From positions 94,054,001 to 94,118,000 of the forward strand of contig NC_092346.1 in the NCBI RefSeq assembly GCF_963676685.1: a stretch of 64,000 nt of DNA, read 5' to 3'. Shown one piece after another: positions 38,143-52,859 of the stretch (positions are counted from its first letter, which is position 1; every line of letters begins with the position of its first letter). The notes below the pieces were generated by a model. That model had not been told where the DNA came from. It saw only the letters and a list, made by a program, of their open reading frames with translations, and ran no database searches. The position numbers were made by a program, and so were the translations under genes. The stretch is from Mytilus edulis. Its lineage: Eukaryota.

Positions 38143-39483
38143 GTTGCAATCGCTTATTATTGATTATGATGTAAGTGTGTGTAATATTAATCGGTTCTCT
38201 TAGTTATGTATAATAATTGACCATTCACATGTTTTAGTATTTGAAAAAAAACTTTCGTTGCAATCCTTTAAGTGATGAAATGATATCTTTTTTTATAAAA
38301 GTCAATACAAAAGGATGTGAACGAGAAGTTACTACAGGGAATCAAAGTTGCATAAACATTCTTTGTTATATTGTACAATTACCCTTGCTGACTCGATGGT
38401 CGGTAGTTGTCAAATTAAGCATAGCAAATACAAAGAACAATTCAACTAAGAAAAAGGACGCTTATCTATTATAAATTTCATTACATATGTTTGCGGGACA
38501 TTTCACACAACAATGATCATTTATATGGCATCGTGTTGTCAACCTGTAGCACACATTACCGCAAAATTATAGGCTTGCTTATGACGTCTTGAACGTTTAA
38601 GGAGATGTGAGCAATTGCTCTCTATTGCAAACAGGCGTTTGATTCAAAGGAAAACAGTGAGAAATGTCCTGGTATTGAAAAGTATGTAAAAGGGGTTCGT
38701 GTCATTTATTTAAAATCATTGCATCACATATCAATATGGGTTTGTTGTTTCATATATATTTACATTTGTATATAAAAGTTTATCGCGCTCGAACAAAACA
38801 TATACCTTAAAAATGAAGTCTCTTATATATTTATAAATTTATCTTAGAATGTTATTCAAAAAACATTATTTGTCAAACTGCGTAAACTGGTTTCGTTAAA
38901 TATATTAAATTAACCTACGTTAATAAAAAATAGAAGCACCACGAGTGACTAAAAGTATGTATTTTGTCTTTGAACGTGCATGGTGAAGGTATATCCAGAA
39001 TAGAGCTTCGAGTGCATACAATTTTTAAGCGCTCTTTTTCATATTTTCTATATCATAATAACAACCAACTCAGGCCCGATGGTATCATCAGCTCAATTGA
39101 CAGTGCTTTTGTACAGCAGTTATTACATACATTTCCCTAATTGTCCGTTTATAAATTGAGAAACACGCACAAAACAAATGTTCAAACCTGTCTTTTTAAG
39201 GAAACTTGCCTTCTTTTCTCCAGTTCGTTTGCCTAATTGAGGTTTTGTTTTGAAATGATTCTTTATAGTATTGTATCATTCAACTGTCTTCTTAGGATTC
39301 AATTTGACCTTTCACGGAAGCTAGATAAAAATTATCACTAACAATTAAATAAATAAACAACAGTTTGAATCGTTGTTATTCTGATAACGAATTAGTATGT
39401 TTTGAATGTATCAAAGACTTAAATGAGTTGTGCAGAAAAGGTAAAATAACAAAAATACTGATCTCCTAGGAAAATTCAATTAC

Positions 39484-42400
39484 AAAAAATTATCATAGAT
39501 ATAAAAAAAAGTTAAAATGGCCGAATGAATACGAACTTGAAGAGCATTGAGAACAAAAAATTCAAAAAATTGTTGCCAAACACAGTTAAGGTAATCTATT
39601 TTTTGAGGTAGAAACGCCTGATTATTTCAAAAAATCAAAAAAGTTTTGTAAACAATTAATTTATAAATTTGACCATATCAATGATATCTCATGTCAACAC
39701 AGAAGTGCTGACTACCTGGCTGGTGATACCCTTCGGGTATGAATAAAAAGTTCACCAGCAGGTGCATCGACCCAGTGGTTGTAAATAAACTCATCATATA
39801 TACCAGGATTAAAATTTTGTATTTGCGCAAGACGCGCGTTTCGTCCTCAAAAGGCTAATCAGTGACGTTCGAAATCAAAAGAGTAAAAAAGCCTTAATAA
39901 AGTACGAAGTTCAAGAGCAATGAGGAATAAAAATTTTGCCAAATACAACTAGGGTAATCTATGTGTTTGTTATACATTTTCGAACCATATAATCATAATA
40001 GATGGTTTTTTTTCTCATTTGTATATATAAACATCATGAAAAACTGGAAGCGTATCACAAGTTAGACTAAAGATGCATCACCTCTCCCCCCCCTATTTTT
40101 GGTTGGGTTCATGTCGTTAGTGTATGGTTTCCTACGTTGTGTGTTGTGTATTTTTGTGGTCTGTTTGCCTTTTACTTTTTTAGCCATGACGTTGTTTGTT
40201 TATTTGAAATTGAAAGCCTTTATTTTACTCATACCACTATTATATGTCAAAGAAAATTCCATGAAGTTGTTTGATGACTTTATATTTATCAAAATGTATA
40301 GACGAAAGATACAAAAATGTATAGATGAAAGAAAAATATCTACACATGTCGATGAACAAAAACCAACAAGACGGTTTTTTTTCGGCATATGAGTTTTGAA
40401 TATCTGTTTGGAATCTTCTTCCTGCTTAATTAACGTATCTTTCTACTTTCAGTCCATAGACTTACCTACCCATTTTGAATTTACATTGGTGCTCGCTACT
40501 TTTGTAATTATATTTCATTTCCTAACCACCTACTATGATTCTCAAGTACTCGTCTTTTGATGAATCATTTGGGTTTTCAGTCTCTTACAGTATCTCTCAC
40601 TAATAAGTGATGATATAATACTAATGAGAAAGTGTTTCACATTAATTTTTATTTTTTGTTTAATAAAGGGTAAAAAGTAAAATCACAAAAGTACTGAGCT
40701 TATAGGAAAATCAATTCGCAAAGTCCATAATCACATGGCAAAATTAAATAACAAAACGCATAAAAAACGAATGGACTGTCATATTCCCGACTTCGTACAG
40801 GCATTTTCAAATGTAGAAAATGGTGAATTAAACATGGTTTTATAGCGTTAACCCTTTCACTTTGATAACAGTCTCGTCAAATTTCGTTATATTTACATTG
40901 ATGCGTTAACTAAACAGACAAAATAAATAAGATAGTCAAAATATGGGTACATCAGTCATCATCGTATAACAATTTTAAAAGGAACAATTTAACAGAACAC
41001 AAACTCCTCAATCTGCAAACACATTCATTGATTTGTGTGTCTGACGTCAGAAACTTTTATACGTCACATAGATTTGTCGTTCAATGTGCCTACAAACAAT
41101 TTTAAAATTTACATAGGCAATGTTAGCGTACAGGGTTAAAAAATCAAAAGTATGTCAGAATAAATTTCAGAAATACACCCTAGATTTAAAATAGTCCAAA
41201 ATTTATCTATAGAATTTATAAGAATCCCCAAATAGTTAATTCTACTATGCGATTAAATGATTTTGACGTTTGTGGTTCAACGTATTTTGTAATTGTTAAT
41301 AGAAATATATCATAATGACATAATATAGAACAATATCAAACTGACGGGATCTTTTAAAGTACAGAGTCACGTTATAAGAACCAAAGATATACAAACAGTC
41401 GCATATACAAAACACACCACAAACAAATGAAGGACAATACAAACACATTGACGAGATGTATAAGTACCGAGCCACGTCATGGTAAACGATACAGTTACAA
41501 GGTAGGGATAATGTCAATAATGTTAAACAGTTATTTTTCGTGACGTCAAAAGTAAAATAACAAAATAATGACTAAATGGAATTTTCAAAATGGAAAGTAC
41601 CTTATCAAGTGGCTAAATCAAAAGTTTAAAACACACCAAACGAATGAAAAACAACATTACTGTTATATTTCTGACTTGGTACAGGCATTTTTTCGATGTA
41701 CAAAATGTTGGATTAAAACATACTATTCATGACTTTAATTTAATATCTATAATTTTAAGTTATAAGTTATAAACTTGATATGTGATCGAGTTAGTTTGAC
41801 TCCTTATCGCATGTTTGCTTGACGACTAATGATACACTACAACTGTGAACAATTTGGGTATAACTATACACATTTCAAAGCATATACTAGTAGAACGTAG
41901 ACAATTACAATATGAAAAACTGACAATAAATACCAAGAACAGGTTCTGTACATTTTAATGACGGACTGTACAATTAAATCGAACAACAAGACGGTATATT
42001 TGATATGGTAAAACATGTTAGCCTTACAACAGATCCCAAACAGAGAAATGTCATATTTGTTTCTTAACGACCAGACGATGCTACGTATTTTTACATAAAT
42101 AATTTTCAAACAGAAACATGTGTTAGAAACATTTTATTAATGGTATGCGTCGATTAAATTAAAGACACCTAACCTTTGAGACACTTTTTTAAAAGCAGAA
42201 CATTTCTTTTCGAATGCATCGCCTTTTATCAATGAGGCAATTGCTCACTTCTCTTTCAGAATTTCAGACGTCAAAAGGTAGGCACATGTTTAGCGGTATT
42301 ATGTGCTAGATGTTGGCAAAAGATGCAATGTGAATGTTCATTGTTGTGTTAAAAGTCCAACAAAAAATGTAACTGAAATTGTAATACATCAGGGTCCCTA

Positions 42401-42783
42401 TCCTAAGTTTAATTTGTTTTCAAAATTCTGAATTAATCATTCAATATGCTTCGAATTCATTGGACGACGGACAAAAATTTAATCAACATGATTGATTGTA
42501 GAATATAACTATGTATGTTTGCGCAACATATGGAGCTGTGATGTCACTGCAGCAACTTCTCACCCACATCCTTTGATATTGACTTTTATGAAAAAACAAT
42601 ATCGTTTCCCTTCTTAAAGGATTCAAACGAGAGAACTATTCTTAGTATTTAGTTGGAATGAAGTACACAATGCATAATTTGTTATTGAGTGGAACACGAT
42701 TATAATTTTTGTGAAAGTTTGACCTATCTTCAAATGATAGTTAACAAAGTATAAGTTATAAGAAAAATGTATGTTTAAGTATA
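39484..42783 (+). repeat. Direct segmental duplication of ~60830-63990 (begins with a retrozyme-like copy at 39484-39962)
   Basis: Co-linear near-identical sequence with small indels. Confidence 0.85.
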
Positions 42784-44019
42784 AGATTCATTTAATCTGT
42801 GCCATTAGTGACACAGGAAGTGGATCCCTCGACACATTAGAGATCCTGATATTGTACGTTTGTGTTGTTTGTTTGGTCGTCTTTCTAATCTTTTGGCTTC
42901 GGTCATGTCGCTCTTTATTTGAAATATTGTTTTTATTGGACCTTTCGTATCTGTTTTTTCTGTTCATTGTCTTGGATTTGACGAATTTCTTAATTATGCA
43001 TTACACATTTGCCTATGTGATATGCATCAATAAATACGAAATCCAATGCCAGTTTGATTGGTCAGTTCTCATTTTGAAATGCTATCACATCTAATTAAAC
43101 AGTTTAGCTCTGCACAAACTGAAATTTAAACTACAGTCACGCTCGTCGGTGAAGGGAAATTATATATACCTGTGGCAATATTCCAGGCTATTAACAATTT
43201 AAGGTTTGTTAAACGTCACATTAAATCTAATTAGTAATGTTAAATTAATATAGTGCATTACATGTTAACCCAGATTCAACCAATCTCATTTGTAAGTACT
43301 GTATAAAGAGAGGAATATGACGCTAAATCACCAGGTGCACACTTGATAATTAAATAGATTTCCCCCGAGGCGGCAATTCTATTAACATTATTATAAGCCT
43401 AGAACCTTTAATACATAGGCTTACCATTATCCATATGTCTCATACGGTTTTTTTCTGAAAATCTCTATCAAAGAAATTGAATTGTGAGAAAAGAAACCGA
43501 CGCTGTCCGGCATTTTGAATTTATTTACACATCAAATATCAATGCAAGAAAGAAATCTTTACTTTGATTTTATAAGCCACTAAGATTGAAACTCGATCTT
43601 GATTATACGATGTAAAAGACTACTAACTAGTGTTGGCATTTACGGATTGTTTACACCTGTTTCTATGGCCATTAAACATTACAAGAAGCTGTACAATATG
43701 TTGATGTATCTTCTGATTTATACACAATGAATATCATTGAGCTAAAAGAAATCATGCATCATTGGTTATTAGGACTATCAAAGTCAAAGTTTTGTAGATA
43801 CAGATAAAATTGGATCTTGAAAATGCATATATATTAATCATATTGAAAATTTAATAAGGGACTTTCCGTTTTGAATTTTCCTCGGAGTTCAGTAGTTATG
43901 ATTTTTCTTTTTACCAATGGAATGATAAGATATTGATCAGATTAAAGCAAGTGTTTGCTACTATACACTAGTATTTTTAAACGGTCGCAATAGTAAAAAG
44001 TGTTTTGAATCAAAGGCTA

Positions 44020-44690
44020 TATTGCTACTTAGGCACGGAAAGTTCACAATTGGAAAGCTGAACTCATCCCTTTTGTCGTAAAGTTTTGTTTTCAACCGAC
44101 ACTCATTGTCAATTTCTAGATGTAAGTCAAGATATGAAGCCGACTTAACTGTGTCTGTTGTATCCTTTATCTTTAGTTCGATTGGATAGATGCATTAGAC
44201 AAAGTCACCAAAGTTTGAATTATTTAGTGAGAGAACATCATCTATATAGAGGAAAGTCAAGTTAAAAAATATATATAGATATTGCTAACTTCTTATTTTT
44301 CTTCTGCAGAAGTTCCTGTATAAATTCAGCCTCATAATAATAAAGTAAGTCGGCAATCAGAGGGGGACAATTGGTTCCCATAGGAATGCCGACAGTCTGT
44401 TGAAAAACACGTCCTCCGAACGTAACAAATATGTTGTCAATCGAGAAATCAAGCATCTTGATAATGTTAGATTCAGAGAATGTTTTGTTAGATTCAGAGT
44501 GATCCTTTACAAAGTACAAATGTAGGATTTATTCCTCCCTAAGACAAGATACTTGTATCTCCGTTTGCCATTCTTTTTTTTATGAAACAAAGAAATACCA
44601 ATTCTTTTGATTTGTCTTTTTGTTTGGAATGTGGAAAACTTGTGTAAAGTGTAGAAAAGTCAAATGTATTAATACTATTGCAAGATGAAA
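44020..44690 (-). pseudogene. Penelope-like element reverse transcriptase fragment
   Basis: FQQTVGIPMGTNCPPLIADL, LYIDDVLSLN, IYPIELKIKDTT, SYLDL, LYDKRD motifs with frameshifts. Confidence 0.75.
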
Positions 44691-45275
44691 ACTGCACATC
44701 TTTTGACAGTTTTTCACCTATGATTATTTATGATCCAGACAAAAGTTTTCTGTCTGTGTTTATTATATAGATGTATCCTTATTTACTCTATAAAATTTTT
44801 TTTTTCTTAAGTTCACATCCTTAATAATCGAATTACAGATGTTTTGTTTTATTTCTTCAAATATTTAGAATAATTTGATATCAGTCCATGAATACTATTA
44901 ATTTGTACCAGTGAATACATCATCTGTTGATATAATCTATGAACGTTTTGTTGATATCTAAATACATTTACTTATTTGAAAGACATGCATAATGTTAAAT
45001 AATAAAAACACATATTTTTTTTAATCCCTACAATTTACGGTGAATTAGTAAAATTTAGGTACTTGTTGCAATTTGGGAACTGTGACGTTATATACAAATT
45101 GAAGTCGATTGTTCACTAAACTTGTCCTTTTCCAAAAAGGTATAATGTTCTATTGAAGCTTGATCTTGGTATCAAATCAGACAATATACTACAGGTTTTG
45201 TTTAACACAGATCGAAAAAACAAATAAAATTAGATACATAGTACAGATCTGCACCGTTCAAAATCTTGTTTATTA

Positions 45276-46341
45276 AGCCCTGGTCACACCTAACCCATGA
45301 CACATCTATGCAGCGCAACGGCATTGAAATTGGTTAAATCGAGGGTCATTTGTGATCTTCGTACGATAGTCGCACGATATTTTGAGCATCGTGGTGCTGT
45401 CTTGTGTCGTGTGACGAAAATGGACATGCACCTTTAATGGTCTACGATTTTTTGTCGTGTCAATGTCTGGTGGCTTTTGTGAGAGTATCTTATCACAGTC
45501 GTGCGACTGTCGTGCGATAAACACATTGTCGTGGGTACGAATATAAACCATTTAATAGAACATTTTACCACTTTAGCACGACTGTCGTACGACAATCCTA
45601 CGGCTGTCTCAAGCTAAGACATTTGTGATACAGCCGCATGATTGTCTAACGAATATCAAATTTCGTACGATGTTCGCACACCATTGATTGTCTGTCAAAC
45701 GACAGCGGAAGGTTCGTCGGCATATATTTTTTTAATTATAATAATTTAATTCAGCGGGAATGAATGTTTAGGAAAACATACCGTCTGCCGTTAAAGAGGA
45801 TGGCTATACCACCAGAACGATTACACTTGGCCCTGCTAAATAGGCGCCTTGCCGGACTCCAACAAGAGAAGAATGTGGCCCTGTTATCGTTGATTCGAGC
45901 CCGTGAACAGTATAGGAACCAGCGAAATGCCCGACGATGTTAGATTAGGCAATGGACCAAACCGCGCATGATGTTTAAGCAGTATAGTATACACTGATGC
46001 AAGAGCTGGAGAGACAATCTGCCGGTGATTTCGTTGGATTAATGCCGATTGAGCCTGGCATATTTCAAGACAATGTCACGACAGTCGTATGAAAGTGGCA
46101 CGACAATGACACGACAGTAACACGCGCATACTATGACATGACCTGAAAAATAGCCCCAAACAAATCACTAGTGTGGTTCGACTTTCGCACGACCGACTTG
46201 GTACAATTGCAATATGTTGTCTCTGTTGTGTACCCATCTTGGACATGTCGTAGCTGATATGACCACACGAAATATTGTTTTGACATTTTATAGATCTTCC
46301 ACGACAAAATAAAAAACACACAATCTGTTGTGACCGGGGCT
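45276..46341 (+). mobile_element. Internally deleted PIF/Harbinger DNA transposon
   Basis: TIR AGCCC(T/C)GGTCACA, TTA TSD (45273-45275 and 46342-46344), CGAC/GTCG-rich subtermini, degenerate Harbinger N-terminal motif (RRC*IRQW...LMQELE...F...IEPGIFQ) at ~45930-46070. Confidence 0.75.
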
Positions 46342-46602
46342 TTAAACAGCATTGTTCTTTTTTTTTGTTTTAACACTCTAATTGATTCTTTATTGCACAT
46401 TTTGCTGTTTAACAATTAAACTTGGTGTATCGCATTTCATCAAGTTTCCCTGTTAAATTACCACTGAATACCCAGGGATAATATTCAGTAAAATCAACTA
46501 ATAAAATACATTGGTTTAATTCACACATTAAACTATTATTATAGTTGTTACAAATAGTCTTTGCTACTTTACAAAAAGTATTTTCAGATATATTCATAAA
46601 TT

Positions 46603-47509
46603 AAAGAACCTTAGTGAGCACGCTCACATACCCCACGTCCCCACATTGTCATTGGAGAAATTAAATAAGTGTAAGAAAAAAAATTGTATAAGAAAAAATA
46701 TTGAATAATAATTTCCTGTCAATATGCACATCAACATAGTTTGTCCTTATTATCTACAAAATTTCATGAAATTCTGTTGTGTGGTTTCAGCGGAATTGAG
46801 ATGACAAACTCTTGCAGAAGCAAATTGAAGCAAATAAGTTCAAAGGGGCGTAACTCCTAGAAAAAAAAATTGAATCGTAATTTCCTGTCGATATGCACAT
46901 CTACATAGTATGTCCTTATTATCTACAAATGTTCATGAAATTCTGTTGTGTGGTTTCAGAGGAGTTGCGATGACAAACTGTTGAAGTAGTACCTTAAAGC
47001 AAATAAGTTCAAAGAGATGTAACTCCTAGAAAAAAAATTGAATCGTAATTTCCTGTCGATATGCACATCTACATAGTATGACCTTATTATCTTAAAACGT
47101 TTTATAAAATTCTGTTGTGTAGTTTCAGAGGAGTTGCGATGACAAACTGTTGCAGTAGTACAATAAAGTAAATAAGTTCAAAGGGGGGGGGGTAACTCCT
47201 AGAAAAAAAATTGAATCGTAATTTCCTGTCGATATGCACATCTACATAGTATGTCCTTATTATCTAAAAAGGTTTCGTGAAATTCTGTTGTGTAGTTTCA
47301 GAGGAGTTGCGATGACAAACTGTTGCAGTAGTACATTAAGCAAATAAGTTCAAAGGGGCGTAACTCCTAGAAAAAAAATTGAATCGCAATTTCCTGTCGA
47401 TATGCACAACTACATAGTATGTCCTTTTCATCTGAAAAGGTTTCGTGAAATTCTGTTGTGTGGTTTGAGAGGAGTTGCGATGACAAGAAACAGGACTGAC
47501 GGACGGACG

Positions 47510-47545
<36 letters not shown>

Positions 47546-47560
47546 TCGTTGCGTGGATTT
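46603..47560. mobile_element. HINE/pearl-like element with internal ~170-bp tandem array (~4.7 units) and (GGAC)n microsatellite
   Basis: AACTCCTAG at 46852, 47021, 47194 and 47362; GACG repeats at ~47499-47517; terminal hairpins CGCAAC-TTC-GTTGCG and GTGAGC-AC-GCTCAC. Confidence 0.7.
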
Positions 47561-48299
47561 AAAAAATATCTACACAACGATTTTTTTACGGAAATTGATC
47601 ATTCATCCGGAATGACTTTTCGGGTTCTTTTATTATCTAAACAGAAACGAATTGCGGTCAAGTGACCTCACACGACTTTTCTTTTCCTAGTGTTTGGACA
47701 ATATTTTTTGAAGTGTTTCGAGAATTTGGATTATTAATTTCGATGTGGTTTTGAAAGCTTGGAATAATATTGCGAAAAGGTAAGTTGGAGTGTAAATATA
47801 TTTTTCATATTTGCACCTTCAATCTTTATTAAATTTGTTATTGATTTGACCCAGATAAGTACCGTGTCGTGACCTTTACCTGCCAAAGTTTGTTAACAAC
47901 ATTGATTTTTTTTCAATTGCTATACCTTTTGAAAAATATTCGTTTTAGAAATCAATTTTTAATTGCTAAAAAATCATTCGTAAACATAGCGATTAAGATT
48001 ATAACACAATGTTGCCCTTTTACCCCAATTTTGACATTTGTGCCTTTATTATTGTTTTTCTTTCACACATTATTGTCAATATAATGGAATTGTATGAGTC
48101 TTTTATGCAAGTGAGAGATTAAGCTAGGTATAATACCAGGTTTACCCCACCATTTTATGCACAAGAAAATGCATGTACCAAGTCCGGAATATGATAGTTG
48201 TTATCCATTGAGGTGTTTTAGCTTTTGATTTTGTCATTTGATTATGACTCTCCGCCTGAATTTTCGTAGGAGATCAGTATTTTTGCTATTTTACCTTTT

Positions 48300-50568
48300 C
48301 TGCACAACTCATTTAAGTCTTTGATACATTCAAAACATACTAATTCGTTATCAAAATAACAACGATTCAAACTGTTGTTTATTTATTTTATTGTTAGTGA
48401 TAATTTTTATCTAGCTTCCGTGAAAGGTCAAATTGAATGCTAAGAAGACAGTTGAATGATACAATACTATAAAGAATCATTTCAAAACAAAACCTCAATT
48501 AGGCAAACGAACTGGAAAAAAGAAGGCAAATTTCCGTAAAAAGACAGGTTTGAATATTTGTTTTGTGCGTGTTTCTCAATTTATAAACGGACAATTAGGG
48601 AAATGTATGTAATAAGTACTGTACAAAGGCACTGTCTATTGAGCTGATGATACCATCGGGCCTGGGTTGGTTGTTATTATGATATAGAAAATATGAAAAA
48701 GAGCGCTTAAAAATTGTATGCACTCGAAGCTCTATTCTGGATATAACTTCACCATGCACGCTCAAAGACAAAATACATACTTTTAGTCACTCATGGTGCT
48801 TCTATTTTTTTTAACGTAGGTTAATTTAATATATTTAACGATACCAGTTTACGCAGTTTGACAAATAATGTTTTTTAAATTACATTCTAAGACAAATGTA
48901 TGAATATATAAGAGACTTCATTTTTAAGGTATATGTTGTGTTCGAGCGCGATAAACTTTTATATACAAATGTAAATATATATGAAACAACATACCCATAT
49001 TGATATGTGATGCAATGATTTTAAATTAATGACACGAAACTCTTTTACATACTTTTCAATACCAGGACATTTCTCACTGTTTTCCTTTGAATCAAACGCC
49101 TTTTTGCAATAGAGAGCAATTGCTCACATCTCCTTAAAAGTTCAAGACTTCATAAGCAAGCATATAATTTTGCGGTAATGTGTGCTACAGGTTGACAACA
49201 CGATGCCATATAAATGATCATTGTTGTGTGAAATGTCCCGCAAACATATGTAATGAAATTTATAATAAATAAGCGTCCTTTTTCTTAGTTGAATTGTTCA
49301 TTTGTATTTGCTATGCTTAATTGGACAACTACCGACCATCGAGTCAGCAAGGGTAATTGTACAATATAACAAAGAATGTTTATGCAACTTTGATGTTCCT
49401 GTAGTAACTTCTCGTTTATATCCTTTTGTATTGACTTTAATAAAAAAAGATATCATTTCATCACTTAAAGGATTGCAACGAAAGGTTTTTTTCAAATACT
49501 AAAACATGTGAATGGTCAATTATTATACATAACTAAGAGCACCGATTAATATTACACACACTTATATCATAATCAATTATAAGCGATTGAAATAATTTTC
49601 TAATAGATTAACATTTTTTAGGAAGCAGAGCAATTGGATTAATGTTTGAAAAAGTAAAACAAAATAATCCCAAACAGGCAGCTTATAGATGCCGGTCAGT
49701 GTTTTGAACTAAAATGCACGATGTATTAACTGTTATTTAGTGGAACTCGATTATTATTTTGTTAAAGTTTTACCTTGTTTTAAAAGATAGTTAACAAAGT
49801 ATAGATAATAAAAAAAAATGTTTTCAAACGATACTTTTAATCTGTGCCATTAGTGAAACAAAATGTGCTTTCCCGACCCATTAGATATCCTGTTATTGTA
49901 AAGTGTTTAAGTAAGTGTTGTTAGTGAGGTTGTCTTTCTTATCTTTTGGTTTTGGTCATGTCTCTCTTTATTTGAGTTATTGTTTTTGATTGGACCTTTA
50001 AAATCTTTCTTTCGCAATTTTGAAGAGTTGCTTAATCATGCATTTAACAGATCAGAAATATATCGAACGAAATCCAATGCAAGACAAAACATATGATATG
50101 TTTGTTGTGGTATATCTATATTTGTTTAATATTCATTTGTAATATTTGATTGGTGAAGGTCAATAAAATATATATACCTGCGATAATATTCCAGGCTATA
50201 AACAAGTAAGGGTATAATGTAAATATAACCTCACAATAAATCTCATTTGTAATGAATAATACATGTATGTGGTAAAGTATATCACACGTATACCAAGATT
50301 CGACCAATCTAATACTTACCGTATGAACTTAGGATTATGATGATAGCTAACCACGTACACACCTGGCTACTTTAATAGATTTCCCCCAAGGCGGCCAATT
50401 CGATTACGAACATAATGTTAAGCCTTGACTTTTATACATAAGCTTATCACTATCCATATGTCTAATAAGTTTTTTTTATTCTAATGTATAGACGGAATTT
50501 CAGTAAAAAAATATCTGAAAATCTCTATCGAAGAAATTGAATTGTGAGAAAAGATAGCGACGATGTCT
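48300..50568 (-). repeat. Inverted segmental duplication of 21523-22478 joined to 38148-39438 (pre-insertion state)
   Basis: Reverse complement matches both flanks of the LINE/Gypsy insertion and joins them at ~49575-49600. Confidence 0.9.
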
Positions 50569-50579
50569 GGTTAGAATAA

Positions 50580-51400
50580 TGTCAATTTTGAAATGTATTT
50601 GCGCTAGAAGAGTAAATCTCATGTTGTCGTATATTAAACCTGCTGTAAAACACTCCATATGCGGGTGACAATTAGATGTGTTGTTAGCCGTAGAGAATGA
50701 ATAATCATCATGTATATCATAGCGTTGTTTTATGCAATATGTACTTTTGTATTCATGTATAAAACATTAAAGAAGAAAACGAGACAGAGAATGGTATTTT
50801 TAATAGTTTGTATGTCAACAGTCTGGATGAATAATTTGTATCAAAGTGGCAAAAAGGACAGCACCAGTTATAAATATTGACGCAGACATTGATCGTTTTC
50901 CCACTTATTTAATGTTTTTACTTAATGTTAAAGTTGATTTATCAAAGAAAGAGAATAGATAGACCTGTACAGTTTGGCAATTAGATCCATTTTGAACGTT
51001 AAAAGACCAGACAAAATGAAAATGGTACTAGCTGAAACACAAAAGAAGGCCATTTTAGTGTCATTTTTATTGAATGCTGTGATGTAGATTTTATTCTTTA
51101 TATAGTATTATAAAATGCTTCGACCTGTTGTTTTTTTGTGATAAAATGCAACACATATATTCGACAATTATAATTTATTACGTTTTTTCCAATTTTTTTT
51201 AAAACATGTCTATAGAAATTGTAAATAATTATGGGCCCCATACATTGTTTTATGACATCTATCACAATTTAGAGTTCATTTCTTAATACAAGTCAACATT
51301 AAAACAAATAAAAAAAACATGCTTTATATATCAATTGATTAAAATACTTTACACAAGCACACGTTATCTTATAATTTGATATAGTTTGATACAAAATTGT
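50580..51400 (-). repeat. Inverted duplication of ~15940-16745
   Basis: Near-identical reverse complement. Confidence 0.85.
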
Positions 51401-51565
51401 AAAGTGTATCTGTTAACAAAACTGAGAATTTTTGAAAAACTAAGGCTTTTCTACCTCAGGAATATATTTCCTTATCTTCATTTGGCAAAACTGTTAGGAA
51501 TCTTTGGTCCTCAATGCTCTTCAATTTCATACTTTATTTGACCTTTTAAACATTTTTTGATTCGA

Positions 51566-51609
51566 GCGTCACTGATGAGTCTTTTGAAGACGAAATGCGC
51601 GTCTGGCGT
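51566..51609 (+). ncRNA. Minimal type I hammerhead ribozyme (variant) in retrozyme-like copy 51405-51655
   Basis: GCGTCA-CTGATGA-GTCTT(TTG)AAGAC-GAAA-T(GCGC)GTC^-TGGCGT; stem III has a U-G wobble. Confidence 0.75.
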
Positions 51610-52859
51610 TACCGTAAATATTAGATTTTAATCCTGGTATCTATGATGAGTTTATCTATTTTGTAATCTGTTAAACTGGTCAAATGTATTAGTTGTAATG
51701 TTAAATCATCTAACTAATTAGGTCTGAATTATCCATGACAATCATTTTTTTTATCGGAGCATATTAAAAAAAGAAAAAAAAACACTTCTAAGTTAAACAC
51801 GACAATGTTCGTTATATTATATTAGATTATCCTGAATTTATATGTGCAATTTCACCTTTAATGTCCTTTTTATTGTTTTACTCACTCATCGTGCCAAAAT
51901 AATGATATCCATTTGCTCGCTACTTCTATATCCCATTTTATTATTCTATGATAAATAATGTAATCATGTTTTTTTTTCTGCTAATGTGCTTGTCTATGTG
52001 TATTTTTGCGTTTCTTTGTTACATTTTTGTTCGTTATCATAGTATTTAAGAATAAAACCCAATGTTGACTGTTGTACCCTTATTTTACAATGTTTACCTA
52101 GTTTTGTCTGTTTAGTTCACATATCTTTGTATTTAATGCCACTGACATACAAGTGAGACGACTAGATAATTTCTACATAAGGGATGTCTGTTCCAAGTCA
52201 GGAATATGACATTTTTTGTTAATTCGTTTGTTGTGTTCGAGGTTTTGAATTTCGATTTGATAAAGGACTTTCTGTTTAATTCGTCTTTTACACTTTTCGG
52301 TATTTTACTTTTTGCAGTAATGACTGCCATTATATTAAGACTTTTGTGAAATGGCAAATATACTGTCGAAGAGAAAAAAATCGTCAGCAGTATAAGAAAA
52401 AAGAAAGACATTGTTGTCGTGAATTTTCATTCTATGTTTCAATGTTTCAGAAAATCCATTGTTTATTATTACACCTTTTCAAACTCGTTAATGCCTTGTC
52501 ATTTTTAAGGACATATATCGAACAATATCCATCGACTATTTTTTAACCAATAATTAAAAACGTTTGAAGAATCTGATATATCTATTTACTGAGTACGCCA
52601 CTTTATTTACTAAGGTTATTAATGTTTCGTCAAAGACTAGTCAGTCATATTGAGATTTTGCACATCCAATATAATATCATGGACTTTGGCATCCCATTTA
52701 TTGAATAGACACTCAATGTAGGTTATAAGTTTTGTAATGGATTGTATATCATCATCTTTCTTTACTCTTATATGATTTAACTACAAAGAGCTTTGCTAAA
52801 AGTATTTGTCACACAATAAAGGCACTCCCTGTTAAGAATAAGACTTATATTCTATTCGC

